33,774 nucleotides of DNA from an uncultured Spirochaetaceae bacterium (GCA_964345195.1 CAYFQV010000005.1:6243-40016); one strand, 5' to 3'. Numbered from the stretch's first letter, positions 8,673 through 18,296 are shown. A program made the numbers and translations. Notes: generated by a model not told the origin, from the sequence alone.

Positions 8673-10574
8673 ATGCCTCAGGAACAAGAGATTAAGTCTC
8701 AGCTCGAGGGCATTCAGAACTGGGTCAATGTCTCATTCAAGAAGACGCTGTTGGCCGCCTTCAATGAGGCGCTCGAGCATGATGAAGTTGTCCAGGATGT
8801 CCTGGAGGGCTTTTACCGCAGCAAGGTGATCGCCGCCTCCGGATCAGGTGCCCCGGGTGTCTTATCCGTCACAAACCAACGTCTCATGTTTTTGCACAAC
8901 GGCGGCAATGGTGGCGTCTCCGAGGTTCTCGGTTTTCCCGCTATTCTCGGCGTGCATGCGCGCCGCGGCGATGCATCCCTTCGCCTGACGGTGACTCACG
9001 GTGACGGCGACAGCGTCCTGACCTCAACCCGGCGTGGTGACGGTGCGGATTCCTTTATTGCGACGCTGACCCGTGAGCTCGGAGATGACCGCGTTCAAGT
9101 AGACGACACGCGATCAAAGTCCGGCGATACCTCCGACGGACGCATGACTCGCTTGAAGGTGCTGCACGACGCGGCGCGAGAGATGATCGTCACCTTGAAT
9201 GCCTACCGGAAGTTCAACAACGAGCCCACCTTCATGCAGCAACTGATCGATGATCTCTTTATCATTACCTATCACGCCGTCGGCAAGGGCGCCGGCCTTG
9301 ATGATGAGACCAAGCTGTTCATGCTCATGGTGCTTATGTATCTCCGGCGCGGGCTCATTAGCGACCAGGAGATCATAAAGGATCTCTTCCGATTCGACAC
9401 GCTTCCTCTAAAGCACCGACGAGAGATCCTGTCTCACTGGGACCTCTTCGCCAATGAGATTCAGAAGATGCGCAGCCACGCTCGGCGGCAGTCTTTGAAG
9501 GCTTTAGTCTACCTGAAGCGCCGCGATGAGGAGAACGGCACGAAGAACTTTGAAGAAGTATCGGGGGCATTTCTCGGATACGCGCGGCAAATTCTGGATC
9601 CCACCGGCGCTAATGCTGCACCCCCCGTTTTGGAGACCATCGAGAAACTAATCTACGGTGAGTCCGGCGCACCGGACGGAGCACAAGCCGTGCGGGTAGG
9701 GGAGAATCAGGCAAAAGCGCGCGCGACGACACCCGCCCCGGATGAGGAGACGCTCGACGAGGTTCTCGAAGAGATGCATGGGCTCATCGGCATGGAAAAC
9801 GTGAAGAAACAAGTCGAGACCTTTGTCAATCTTCTGAAGATCCACCGGGAACGGGAGCGGCGAAACCTTCCAGTAACCCCGTTTTCGAAGCACGCGGTCT
9901 TCTACGGTCCCCCGGGAACCGGCAAGACCACGATTGCGCGGTATCTCGGTCGCGTCTACAAAGCCATGGGCTTGCTTGTGGAGGGCCACATGGTGGAGAC
10001 GGACCGCGCGGGACTGGTGGCCGGATACGTCGGGCAGACCGCTATACAAGTCGATCAAACGGTTCAGCAAGCGCTTGACGGCGTCCTCTTCATTGATGAA
10101 GCCTACATGCTCAGCCCGCCGGGCGGCGGCTCCGATTTCGGTCAGGAAGCGATCGACACGCTTGTGAAGCGCATGGAGGATTACCGAGATCGGCTGGTAG
10201 TTGTTGTCGCGGGCTACCCGGATGAGATGCGGGATTTTATAGACAGCAACCCCGGGTTGAAGTCGCGCTTCAGTCGCTACTTCTACTTCGATCATTACGC
10301 GCCGGAGGAGCTCATGGGCATTTTCGATTTGTTTGCCAAAGGGGCGTCCCTCGAGCTCACCCATCCGGCGCGCCGCGCCGTGCTGGATCTCATTCGGCGA
10401 CTCCACGACGAGCGAGATCGAAGCTTTGGTAATGGCCGAATAGTGCGAAATCTCTTCGAGCGAATTATCGAGAAACAGGCAAACCGAATCTCGCGCTTGA
10501 CCGTTCTCACCGACGATGTACTGTGCTCCATTACCAAGCACGACATACCGTCCTACGAGGAGTTTACACCATGA
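8673..10574 (+). CDS. AAA+ ATPase of the CbxX/SpoVK/EccA type with an N-terminal bacterial PH-like domain and a helical middle region
   Basis: The C-terminal half carries GLIGMENVKKQVETFVNLL, FYGPPGTGKTT (Walker A), GVLFIDEAYML (Walker B), VVVAGYPDEM and NPGLKSRFSRYFYFDHY, which is the CbxX/SpoVK signature order. The N-terminus (GFYRS...GVLSVTNQRLMFLHNG...ILGVHARRGDASLRLTV...FIATLTREL) resembles YokE-type bPH domains. The start is 6 nt after the upstream stop, preceded by GGGAGGGG. Confidence 0.85.
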   Translation: MPQEQEIKSQLEGIQNWVNVSFKKTLLAAFNEALEHDEVVQDVLEGFYRSKVIAASGSGAPGVLSVTNQRLMFLHNGGNGGVSEVLGFPAILGVHARRGDASLRLTVTHGDGDSVLTSTRRGDGADSFIATLTRELGDDRVQVDDTRSKSGDTSDGRMTRLKVLHDAAREMIVTLNAYRKFNNEPTFMQQLIDDLFIITYHAVGKGAGLDDETKLFMLMVLMYLRRGLISDQEIIKDLFRFDTLPLKHRREILSHWDLFANEIQKMRSHARRQSLKALVYLKRRDEENGTKNFEEVSGAFLGYARQILDPTGANAAPPVLETIEKLIYGESGAPDGAQAVRVGENQAKARATTPAPDEETLDEVLEEMHGLIGMENVKKQVETFVNLLKIHRERERRNLPVTPFSKHAVFYGPPGTGKTTIARYLGRVYKAMGLLVEGHMVETDRAGLVAGYVGQTAIQVDQTVQQALDGVLFIDEAYMLSPPGGGSDFGQEAIDTLVKRMEDYRDRLVVVVAGYPDEMRDFIDSNPGLKSRFSRYFYFDHYAPEELMGIFDLFAKGASLELTHPARRAVLDLIRRLHDERDRSFGNGRIVRNLFERIIEKQANRISRLTVLTDDVLCSITKHDIPSYEEFTP

Positions 10575-12562
10575 ATTCAGGTAACATGCCCGCGTCCGGT
10601 AACGAATCGGCAAAGGAGCCAGGAGTGGAGAAGGCAACAGTACTCTCAATGCTACAGCACGCCGCGGAGCGCTTTTTCGAGGTTCCCTACGTTTGGAACA
10701 AAACCGACTCCGCTTGGCAAGCGTTGACCTTTGCGGAAGTGCAAGAGGCGGCGCGTTCGGTGGCTGCATCGCTCCTCGAGAACGGATTCGGTCCCGACCG
10801 GAAGATGGTGATCCTTAGTGAAGGCCGGCAGGAATGGGTGGTAGCGGAGTTCGCGGCGCTGTACGCCGGCGGAGTCTCCGTGCCTCTTTCAATCAAGTTG
10901 CTTGCAGAGGAGATTCCGTACCGGGTAAACCATTCCGAGGCGTCGGTGATTACGGCCTCGCGAAACACTCTTCCTAAGCTTTTGGCGGTTTGGGATAAGC
11001 TCGATCACAGGCCCACGGTCCTCTTCCTCGATAGCGCGGATGCCCTTCCGGCGGAAGCAGAGGAACTGCAGCGAAAAGGGCGCGTTCTCCTGTACGCCGA
11101 CCTGCTTGCCCGCGGGCGTCGCCGGGAGGACGCACAGCGCAAACGCCTCGAAGAGATCGAGTCTTCCGTCGGTGAAGACGATGTCGTGACCATCTCCTAC
11201 ACCTCCGGAACCACGGGGAACCCGAAGGGCATCATGCTCACCCACCGTAACTACTTTGCGAACTGCCGGGACTCCGTCGAGATCTTCCAGGTGCCGTTAG
11301 GCTACAAGACGCTGCTCATCCTCCCCTGCGATCACTCATTTGCTCACACGGTCGGCCTATACGCCGCGCTCCTACGCGGCATATCGATCTACTTTGTCGA
11401 CGCACGGGGCGGCTCCATGGCCACGCTGCGAAATATCCCGATCAACCTCAAGGAGGCCAACCCGGTCTTCCTCCTCACCGTCCCAGCTCTTACCGGTAAC
11501 TTCATGAAGAAGATCCAACAGGCCATACGGGAAAAGGGCGGCATTGCCGAAAGGCTGTTCACCCGGGGAGTTGAGGCCGGTATTGCTTACAACGGGGACG
11601 GCTATCACACACCACCGCTTTCGGTCAGGCTTCGGAACTGGCTCCCCTACAAGCTGGCGAATGCCGTCGTGTTTCGCAAGGTTCGAGAAACCTTCGGCAC
11701 GGACATTGAGTTCTGTGTCGGCGGTGGCGCGCTCCTCGACATTCAACAGCAGCAGTTCTTCAAAGCGATCGGCGTTCCCATTTACCAAGGTTATGGACTC
11801 ACGGAGGCCGCACCGGTCATCTCGTCGAATACCGGCTTCAACCACAAGATGGGGACATCCGGGAAGGTTCTCGCCACAGTGCACTGTCGAATTGTACGCG
11901 AGGATGGGACGGAAGCCGAAATCGGCGAAACCGGCGAGGTCGTGATCCAAGGTGACAACGTCATGAAGGGATACTTCAAAAACCCGGATGCCACAGCCGA
12001 AACCATCAAGGACGGGTGGCTCTACACAGGTGACCGCGGTTTTATGGACGACGAAGGTTTCCTGACGGTCGTCGGTCGCGAGAAAGCGCTATTGATATCT
12101 CCCGACGGTGAAAAATACTCCCCGGAAGAGATCGAAGAGGCTATTTCCAACAGCTCAGCACTTATTGAGCAAGCTCTGGTGTACAACGACCACAACCGCT
12201 TTACCGGCGCACTCGTGACACTTAATCGCGACGCCGTACAGGCGCGAATCACGGAACGCAAGTTATCCGGCGCCGACGACCTTCTTGATGAGCTCCGCGA
12301 CTCTTTTTATCGCTTTAAGCAGGACGAGAATTACCGCAATCGCTTCCCCGATCGCTGGATACCCGCGACCTTTCAGATCGTTGAGGAAGCGTTCGCGGAA
12401 GAGAACAAGATGATCAACTCGAGTATGAAGATGGTCAGGTTTCGAATCACCGAGACGTACCGACACTTGCTTGATCAGATGTTCGACGACGATGGTCCGA
12501 ATCACAAGAACGATGGAAACCGGCAGGCTATCCGCAGGCTCTTCTCTCTCACGGAGGGATAA
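10571..12562 (+). CDS. Long-chain fatty acid-CoA ligase (AMP-forming, FAA1/FadD-like)
   Basis: Motifs YTSGTTGNPKGIMLTHRNY, YQGYGLTEAAP, GWLYTGDRGFMDDEGFL and GREKALL are present. I prefer the ATG at 10571 (MNSGNMPASG...), which forms an ATGA overlap with the AAA+ stop at 10572-10574. The track start at 10523 would lie inside the upstream gene. Confidence 0.85.
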   Translation: MNSGNMPASGNESAKEPGVEKATVLSMLQHAAERFFEVPYVWNKTDSAWQALTFAEVQEAARSVAASLLENGFGPDRKMVILSEGRQEWVVAEFAALYAGGVSVPLSIKLLAEEIPYRVNHSEASVITASRNTLPKLLAVWDKLDHRPTVLFLDSADALPAEAEELQRKGRVLLYADLLARGRRREDAQRKRLEEIESSVGEDDVVTISYTSGTTGNPKGIMLTHRNYFANCRDSVEIFQVPLGYKTLLILPCDHSFAHTVGLYAALLRGISIYFVDARGGSMATLRNIPINLKEANPVFLLTVPALTGNFMKKIQQAIREKGGIAERLFTRGVEAGIAYNGDGYHTPPLSVRLRNWLPYKLANAVVFRKVRETFGTDIEFCVGGGALLDIQQQQFFKAIGVPIYQGYGLTEAAPVISSNTGFNHKMGTSGKVLATVHCRIVREDGTEAEIGETGEVVIQGDNVMKGYFKNPDATAETIKDGWLYTGDRGFMDDEGFLTVVGREKALLISPDGEKYSPEEIEEAISNSSALIEQALVYNDHNRFTGALVTLNRDAVQARITERKLSGADDLLDELRDSFYRFKQDENYRNRFPDRWIPATFQIVEEAFAEENKMINSSMKMVRFRITETYRHLLDQMFDDDGPNHKNDGNRQAIRRLFSLTEG

Positions 12563-12621
12563 TCTCACCAAGCAATAGCCCTACGGCAAACTTCCTGCGG
12601 TGAGGGGCTACTCGGACACGT

Positions 12622-13875
12622 TCACCCCGAGAAGAGGCGTGAGATGCCGCCGGGGAGAGAGCGCGAGTCACCGTGGCCCGTCCGGTACATCATTGGTCCG
12701 CCGCCGCGCCGGTGCGCGACTGCGAGGATTTCGCTGATAATGCTCAGGGCAATGTGCTCAGGCTCCTTACCGCCGAGTTCCAAGCCGATCGGCGTGTGGA
12801 TAGTTCCCAAGCAAGATAGGTCAACGCCAACTCTTTGGGCCCGAACCAGTCGCTCCTCATGGCGAAGCGGCTTCCCGATGGCGCCTACGTAGGCGACAGG
12901 CGCATGGCGAACAAGCGTATGAAAGAGGTCGTCCTCAAAGCGCGGCTCGTGATTCAGCGATACCACGGCGGTACGGACATCCGGCGGATGCGTTTCGAGG
13001 ATTTCATGGGGCCATCCTGCTAGAACTTCATCGGCATCCGGAAATCGGGCAGACCGGGCGTAGTCTCCTCGCGCATCGGAGATGACGGTCTCATAGCCCA
13101 TGATCCGTGCCAGTCGACTCAGCGGGGCGGCGACATCCACCGCTCCAAACACCATAAGCCGTGGAGGCGGAAGCACCGGCTCCACAAGCGCGCAGCGACC
13201 GTCTCTAAGATCAAGCGTGCTTGGCCCCGCTTCCGGTGGGGAGACAGCTCCCTGTTGCGAGCCGGATAGACCGCCGTCGGGGCTTCCGTCTTCCGCCCCG
13301 GCATGCGGCATCTCGACGTTCAAGAGCTTTTCGACCTCCGGATGCCCACGCAAAGCGGTTATCTCCGAATCCGCGCGCTCCACGGGTCCCGCCGCCTGGG
13401 AGGGCTCGTCCGCGGCGGCGAGCGTGTAGATCCGGTCGTTCCGAATCCACCCGTGACGAACCCGCGGCGCCTCCGGCTCGTCCGGAGAGCACAGGGCCCA
13501 GTTAAGGCGCCGTCCACGAGATAGATCCCGCTCATGCGGCTGGAGAAAATCGGCGAGGGTGGGCGTGAGAGGCTCGAGCAAGACGTCGATCGCACCCTCA
13601 CAATTCAAGCCGATGTCGATGTCCTCGTTCTCAACCTGGTCGTAGTGGAGCATACGGCTGCGCCCGTCCGCAATCACCGAGCGTGCCGCCTCGCGAACGT
13701 CGGTTTCGACGCAGCCGCCGCTTACCGCACCGACGAAGTCATGTGCAGTTGCGACCATTCGGGCAGCGAGCGGCTGACTGGAAGAACCACGGATGCGCAC
13801 AATGGTTGCGACCACGACCGACTTCCCCTCGCTTACCCACTCGGCACCCTGCTTAAGAACCTCTTTTCGGATCAT
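12622..13875 (-). CDS. XdhC/CoxI-family accessory (molybdenum-hydroxylase maturation-type) protein
   Basis: The N-terminal XdhC_CoxI-like motif is VATIVRIRGSSSQPLAARMV...GAVSGGCVETDV. The C-terminal Rossmann part is PRLMVFGAVDVAAPLSRLARIMGYETVISDAR. I prefer the ATG at 13875 (MIRKEVL...). The track start is a TTG at 13923, inside the cysS 3' end. Confidence 0.7.
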   Translation of the reverse strand: MIRKEVLKQGAEWVSEGKSVVVATIVRIRGSSSQPLAARMVATAHDFVGAVSGGCVETDVREAARSVIADGRSRMLHYDQVENEDIDIGLNCEGAIDVLLEPLTPTLADFLQPHERDLSRGRRLNWALCSPDEPEAPRVRHGWIRNDRIYTLAAADEPSQAAGPVERADSEITALRGHPEVEKLLNVEMPHAGAEDGSPDGGLSGSQQGAVSPPEAGPSTLDLRDGRCALVEPVLPPPRLMVFGAVDVAAPLSRLARIMGYETVISDARGDYARSARFPDADEVLAGWPHEILETHPPDVRTAVVSLNHEPRFEDDLFHTLVRHAPVAYVGAIGKPLRHEERLVRAQRVGVDLSCLGTIHTPIGLELGGKEPEHIALSIISEILAVAHRRGGGPMMYRTGHGDSRSLPGGISRLFSG

Positions 13876-13885
13876 GATGGATGAC

Positions 13886-15169
13886 TCAAACGAGTGTTGT
13901 TGCCGTCTTCGGGTGTTCCGCAAGCGGCGCCAGCTCCAGCACTTGCAGGACGTGGTCTATTCCGGTGAGGGCTTCGCGTAGCCTGTTCACGTGGGCTGTC
14001 GAGAGCTCCGATTTCCGATCCAGCAATACGCCGAGCAGATTGATCACGTTGTCGACTGCTCGAGCTACATGAAGATCGTTGTCCATCTCGGTCTCGAACA
14101 GCGGAACGAGCTCACCGATCAAACGATCTATCCCAGGCGCGCCGTTGCCGGAACCGGGTGCGCTCACGAGCTCCCGACTGCGTTCAGTCAGCACCTGAAG
14201 ACGCTCCGCGGCATGATCGAGATTCGCGTCGGTGAGGTTGCCCTTTTCTCGATAGTAGCCATACATCAAGAAGAAGCGAAGCTCCCGGCCCGATCGTCCG
14301 GCGGAGCTGAGGTCTTCAGGATACACGACGTTCCCCTTCGACTTCGACATCTTCTGATTATCCACAAACAGATGTTCACCGTGCAGCCAGTACGGGGCGA
14401 ACTCGACCCCGGTCACGCCCTCGACGACGGCGCGGTTGTAGTCATGGTGACGGTACAGATTGTCAATGCCGCCGCAGTGGATATCGAGCTCATAACCCAT
14501 GTGCTGCGTTATCATGGCGGGATCTTGGACGTTCCAGGCGGGCCGACCGCGGCCGATCTTCGTATCCCAGGAGTACTGCCCGTTACGATGGCCATGCCAC
14601 AGAATAAAGTCACCGAGGTTCCACCGCTGTCCGGGGTAGGTATCCTTTGAGAAGCGATAGCGCTTCTTCGGCCACTTCGACAAGTCCAAGCCGTAGATAG
14701 CTCCGAAGCTCGGGTGGCTCAAAGCGTCGTAGTACACATTGCCGCCGTGCCAATAGGCGTGTCCGTTCTCGATCAACCGCGAGATGATGTCCGCGGCTTG
14801 ATCAATACTGGTTGTGGAGCGCGGAATCGGATCGGGGAGCTTCAGTCGCAACGACTCCGCATCTCGTACGAATTGCTCGGCGTTCGGCTCGGTGAGTTCT
14901 CCCAAGGACACCTGCTTTTCCTTACTCTCGGCGATAGCCTTGTCCTCTAAATCGGTGAAGTTGATCAAGCGCTCTACGTCGTAACCACGGTACTCGAGAT
15001 AGCGCTGCAAGAGATCTTCGAACACGAAGGTTCGGAAGTTGCCCATGTGAGGACGACGATAGATCGACGGGCCACACGTAAAGATCTTCACCGTGCCGGA
15101 ATTACGCTCGCGGAAAAGTTGCCTGCGCTTGGTCATTGTGTTGTAAAAGACTATACGACGCTCGTGCAT
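13886..15169 (-). CDS. cysS: Cysteine-tRNA ligase
   Basis: Class I synthetase motifs are CGPSIYRRPHMGNFRTF (HIGH-type) and KMSKSKGN. The overall order is that of CysRS. I prefer the ATG at 15169 (MHERRIVFYNTMTKRRQLF), which has GGAGG 9 nt upstream. The track start at 15235 has no SD. Confidence 0.85.
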   Translation of the reverse strand: MHERRIVFYNTMTKRRQLFRERNSGTVKIFTCGPSIYRRPHMGNFRTFVFEDLLQRYLEYRGYDVERLINFTDLEDKAIAESKEKQVSLGELTEPNAEQFVRDAESLRLKLPDPIPRSTTSIDQAADIISRLIENGHAYWHGGNVYYDALSHPSFGAIYGLDLSKWPKKRYRFSKDTYPGQRWNLGDFILWHGHRNGQYSWDTKIGRGRPAWNVQDPAMITQHMGYELDIHCGGIDNLYRHHDYNRAVVEGVTGVEFAPYWLHGEHLFVDNQKMSKSKGNVVYPEDLSSAGRSGRELRFFLMYGYYREKGNLTDANLDHAAERLQVLTERSRELVSAPGSGNGAPGIDRLIGELVPLFETEMDNDLHVARAVDNVINLLGVLLDRKSELSTAHVNRLREALTGIDHVLQVLELAPLAEHPKTATTLV

Positions 15170-15382
15170 GTATATGAACCTCCGGGTAACGTTCCCCATA
15201 ACTTGACGAAATAGCGGCGAACTGACAAGACACATCCAACGGTGCCGACATGATCAAGGGTATCGACATGATGGCGAAGACGGATCCCCGGAAATCGGAG
15301 CAGGCACGCCATGACACGTGCATGGATACTCGCGACCTGCTCGCTTGCTTGACCGAACAGATGAAGATCACCATCTTCAGAT

Positions 15383-16348
15383 TTGCTCATGAAAACCAAA
15401 GAACTCACCGACCCACAACTCCTCGACCATATGGAGGAGATCGCCGCCGACGGCATGGATGTGTTTCTACTCAACGGCGGAACCGTTCGCGGCGCGCTTT
15501 TGCACGGAACGCGGATGATCAACCAGATGCGCCGCAATCACGAGCTCGGCATCCTTGAGACCCTCATCCTCGGACATGCTTACCTCGCCGGCGGCCTGCT
15601 TGTATCACAAATGAAAAGCCGCGATCGGCTCGCGATCGCTGTGGAAGCGCAGGGCCCCGCCGGAGGCTTCAATGTTGAATCCAACGCCCTCGGCGAAGTT
15701 CGCGGCTACCTCAAGAACGCAACGATTCCCGTAAGCGAAGCTCTCGAGAGTTTCGACCCGGCGCCCTTTATCGGCTCCGGGATTCTCGCGCTTACGCGCT
15801 TTCCCCAAGGGGCGCAGCAGCCCTATACCGGACAGGTCGAGTTGGCCTACGGCAGCCCGGCGAAGGATCTTGCGCACTACTTCGTCGTGTCGGAACAAAC
15901 CCCGACGGCGTTCGACCTGAGTATACAGTTCGATGAAGCCGGCCGCGTCGTGGGAGCGGGCGGCCTCTTCCTGCAGCGAATGCCGGAAAGTGAGGACACC
16001 GAGGCCGTGCAGCTCGAACAGGCGCTGGCACGGATGCCGTCACTTGGGGCGCAATTCGCCGCCGGGGAGACGCCTGCTCACCTCATTCGGGAGCACTTCC
16101 AGAGTCTGAACGGCGAGATCGTCGGCTCCCGAACAGTGGAGTTCAGCTGCTCCTGCAGCAAGGGACGCTTTGCGCGCTTCTTTGAGGGCATGGCCGCCGA
16201 ACAAATCCGAGATATCATCGACTCCGGTCCCTTCCCCATGAAGACCACGTGCTGGAACTGCAACACCACCTACCAGTTCAGCCGCGAAGAGGCGGAGTCG
16301 ATCTACCGGCGCAGGAAGCGCCGCGAAGGGCAGGAAGAATCGAATTAA
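15383..16348 (+). CDS. hslO: Redox-regulated chaperone Hsp33
   Basis: HYFVVSEQTPTAF and GGLFLQRMP are present, together with the C-terminal zinc centre CSCSKGR...CWNCNTTY. The track start is a TTG at 15383, and the ATG two codons later (15389) is equally possible. Confidence 0.9.
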   Translation: MLMKTKELTDPQLLDHMEEIAADGMDVFLLNGGTVRGALLHGTRMINQMRRNHELGILETLILGHAYLAGGLLVSQMKSRDRLAIAVEAQGPAGGFNVESNALGEVRGYLKNATIPVSEALESFDPAPFIGSGILALTRFPQGAQQPYTGQVELAYGSPAKDLAHYFVVSEQTPTAFDLSIQFDEAGRVVGAGGLFLQRMPESEDTEAVQLEQALARMPSLGAQFAAGETPAHLIREHFQSLNGEIVGSRTVEFSCSCSKGRFARFFEGMAAEQIRDIIDSGPFPMKTTCWNCNTTYQFSREEAESIYRRRKRREGQEESN

Positions 16349-16400
16349 GGGATTGCGCTAAACGAGAGAGTAGGCCGTCACCGGCGCCGACTGAGCCGGG

Positions 16401-17240
16401 TTATCCTCGTGAAAGGGCGTGCAGTCGTTCGACGCGCTTAGCGGTTGGAGGGTGTGTACGGAATACCGAAGAATTTCGCTGCCGTGGGACCGGAAGCACT
16501 TGCTGCAGATAGGACTTGCCAATGTTATCGATCTTCTGCAGGGCGCTCGCCAAGCCGTCCGGATCCTCGGTAAGCTCGATCGCGCCGAGATCCGCCGCGT
16601 ACTCCCGGGACCGGGATAGTCCGAGCTGCAGCATGACGCTTGCAAGCGGCGCCATCAAGAGGACAACAACCACGGAGAAGGGCACGGTAGCGCTACTACC
16701 GAGGGTCAACGGCAGATACAGTAGCAGCATGAGCCAGCCAAGCCGCGAGATTACTATTGTGATGGTCGAGACGACCTCCACGATCCGGAAGAAGGCAAGG
16801 TCCCGGTGACGAATGTGGCTTAGCTCGTGCGCCAGCACGCCGCTAAGCTCTCTCACCGTCAGAGCCCTGGCAAGCATGGGCGTCACGACGAGGAGAGGCT
16901 GCTGCACGGACCCCAGCGTTGCGGCGTTCAAGACCGGGGCGTGCAGCGCGTATACGGCGGGCTTATTCGAGAGTCCCGCCTGATGTGACAAGTGCTCTAC
17001 AATGCGAAACAGTTCCGGCGCTTCTTGTCGGCTGATCTGAGACGCATTCGTCGGCCGCACCGCACTCGCCTGCTGTTGAGTCCATACACCGGCGAGCACA
17101 ATGGTCCCCACTGCCAGAGCAAGCCCGGTAGCTCCCAAGACCTGTAAGCCGCTGATCAGGAGCAGTACCACCATGCCGGCAAACACAACAGCGGTCTGCA
17201 GGAAAAAAAAGCGCTTCTGACGACGTATCTCTTGAATCAT
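16401..17240 (-). CDS. htpX: M48-family zinc metalloprotease, HtpX-like
   Basis: HELSHIRHRD is a HExxH motif. It is flanked by hydrophobic segments, and a downstream REYAAD motif is present. Confidence 0.85.
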   Translation of the reverse strand: MIQEIRRQKRFFFLQTAVVFAGMVVLLLISGLQVLGATGLALAVGTIVLAGVWTQQQASAVRPTNASQISRQEAPELFRIVEHLSHQAGLSNKPAVYALHAPVLNAATLGSVQQPLLVVTPMLARALTVRELSGVLAHELSHIRHRDLAFFRIVEVVSTITIVISRLGWLMLLLYLPLTLGSSATVPFSVVVVLLMAPLASVMLQLGLSRSREYAADLGAIELTEDPDGLASALQKIDNIGKSYLQQVLPVPRQRNSSVFRTHPPTAKRVERLHALSRG

Positions 17241-17282
17241 GCTTCACCTTACACCGAGGTCGACGCCCATCCGGAAACGCCG

Positions 17283-18296
17283 CTATCCGCGTGCACGATC
17301 GACCCGCACCCGCGTCCCCTCATGCACGGCCCGCTCCACCGCGGCGAGGGTCTCGATTTCCCGAAGGGCGTCACGACTGGTGTAGAACGCCTCTCGGCGG
17401 TCGACGACGCACTCCGCAAAGTGATCCCACATGGCCGCATGATCGGAAACCTCCGACCGGGCAACGTCCCAGCTACGCCCGTCGTGCAACTCTACCCGAA
17501 ACTCCCGGCCCGACAGCTGAGCGAGCCCCTCTGTCCCCCGTACCGTGAAGAAGTTGCGGTCGCCCCCCAACAATCCGGAGTGGCAAAAGACACCAAAGCT
17601 CCCGTCGGGGTACTCGAGAAACATGGCCACGTGATCGAAGTCGCCATAACCTTCCCGGTAGCTCCGACCAACGGCGTGCACCGTTTGCGGCGTGCCGAAG
17701 AGCCGGCTCTGAACCGCGAGCTCGTGAACTCCGCCGTCGAACAGCATGCCGAGGGGATACTCCGGATGAATCCGCCAATCGGTGTCGCCGAAGCTGCGAT
17801 TCTCCGGCCCCTTGCGCTCGAGCCTGACGTGACGTGTTGTCTCGTAGCCGACTACGCGTCCGAGCTCGCCGCTCTTGATGATGCCTGCAAGCTTATCCCA
17901 CACGGCGCCGTAGGGAGCCTGCTCCAAGACGTAGATTCGGCCGCCCCGAAGCTCTTCCAACTCGCAGAGATCACGCGCCTCCTGGACGTTCGCACCGATA
18001 GGCTTCTCCAGGAACGCAATCTTCCCCGCTCGCAGGGTCTCACTCGCCACGGGAGCATTGAGGGGAATCGGCGTGAGAATGACCACGCCGTCCACCCCGT
18101 CGTCCTCTAGCAACTCACGGTAATCTCGGTAGAACCGCGCGGTGGGGTAGTCACGGCGTACCTTCGCTTCGGATTCGTCGCTTCGACCGGAGAAAGCCAC
18201 GAGCTCGAAATGATCCGACAGTCGTTCCACTTCGCGGCGGTGCGCGAGATCCCAAATAAGACCGGGACCAATGACTCCCAAACGTACTTTGTTCAC
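17283..18296 (-). CDS. Gfo/Idh/MocA-family NAD(P)-dependent oxidoreductase
   Basis: The N-terminal Rossmann motif is VRLGVIGPGLIW. The EKP motif (FLEKPIG) is present, and the length is typical of the family. Confidence 0.8.
   Translation of the reverse strand: MNKVRLGVIGPGLIWDLAHRREVERLSDHFELVAFSGRSDESEAKVRRDYPTARFYRDYRELLEDDGVDGVVILTPIPLNAPVASETLRAGKIAFLEKPIGANVQEARDLCELEELRGGRIYVLEQAPYGAVWDKLAGIIKSGELGRVVGYETTRHVRLERKGPENRSFGDTDWRIHPEYPLGMLFDGGVHELAVQSRLFGTPQTVHAVGRSYREGYGDFDHVAMFLEYPDGSFGVFCHSGLLGGDRNFFTVRGTEGLAQLSGREFRVELHDGRSWDVARSEVSDHAAMWDHFAECVVDRREAFYTSRDALREIETLAAVERAVHEGTRVRVDRARG

Noticed and set aside
9648-10769. A 373-aa minus-strand ORF.
   Set aside because: It is antisense to the AAA+ ATPase and acyl-CoA ligase genes, both of which have clear motifs. 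It has no motif of its own and shows shadow-ORF composition.
12563-12621. A possible bidirectional terminator between the convergent acyl-CoA ligase and xdhC-like genes.
   Set aside because: Only short, mutually exclusive pairings are possible (CTCACC/GGTGAG and TAGCCC/GGGCTA), both with large loops and no U-tract. This is not convincing.
15170-15382. A possible T-box or other leader upstream of cysS, and a possible riboswitch in the ~65-nt leader of the BMP operon (24486-24549).
   Set aside because: I could not find a T-box core, a specifier-loop arrangement or a purine/2'-dG/preQ1 riboswitch core in either segment. The cysS region also has to hold the divergent hslO promoter.
17232-18110. 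A 292-aa plus-strand ORF.
   Set aside because: It is antisense to the Gfo/Idh/MocA oxidoreductase and has no recognisable motif.
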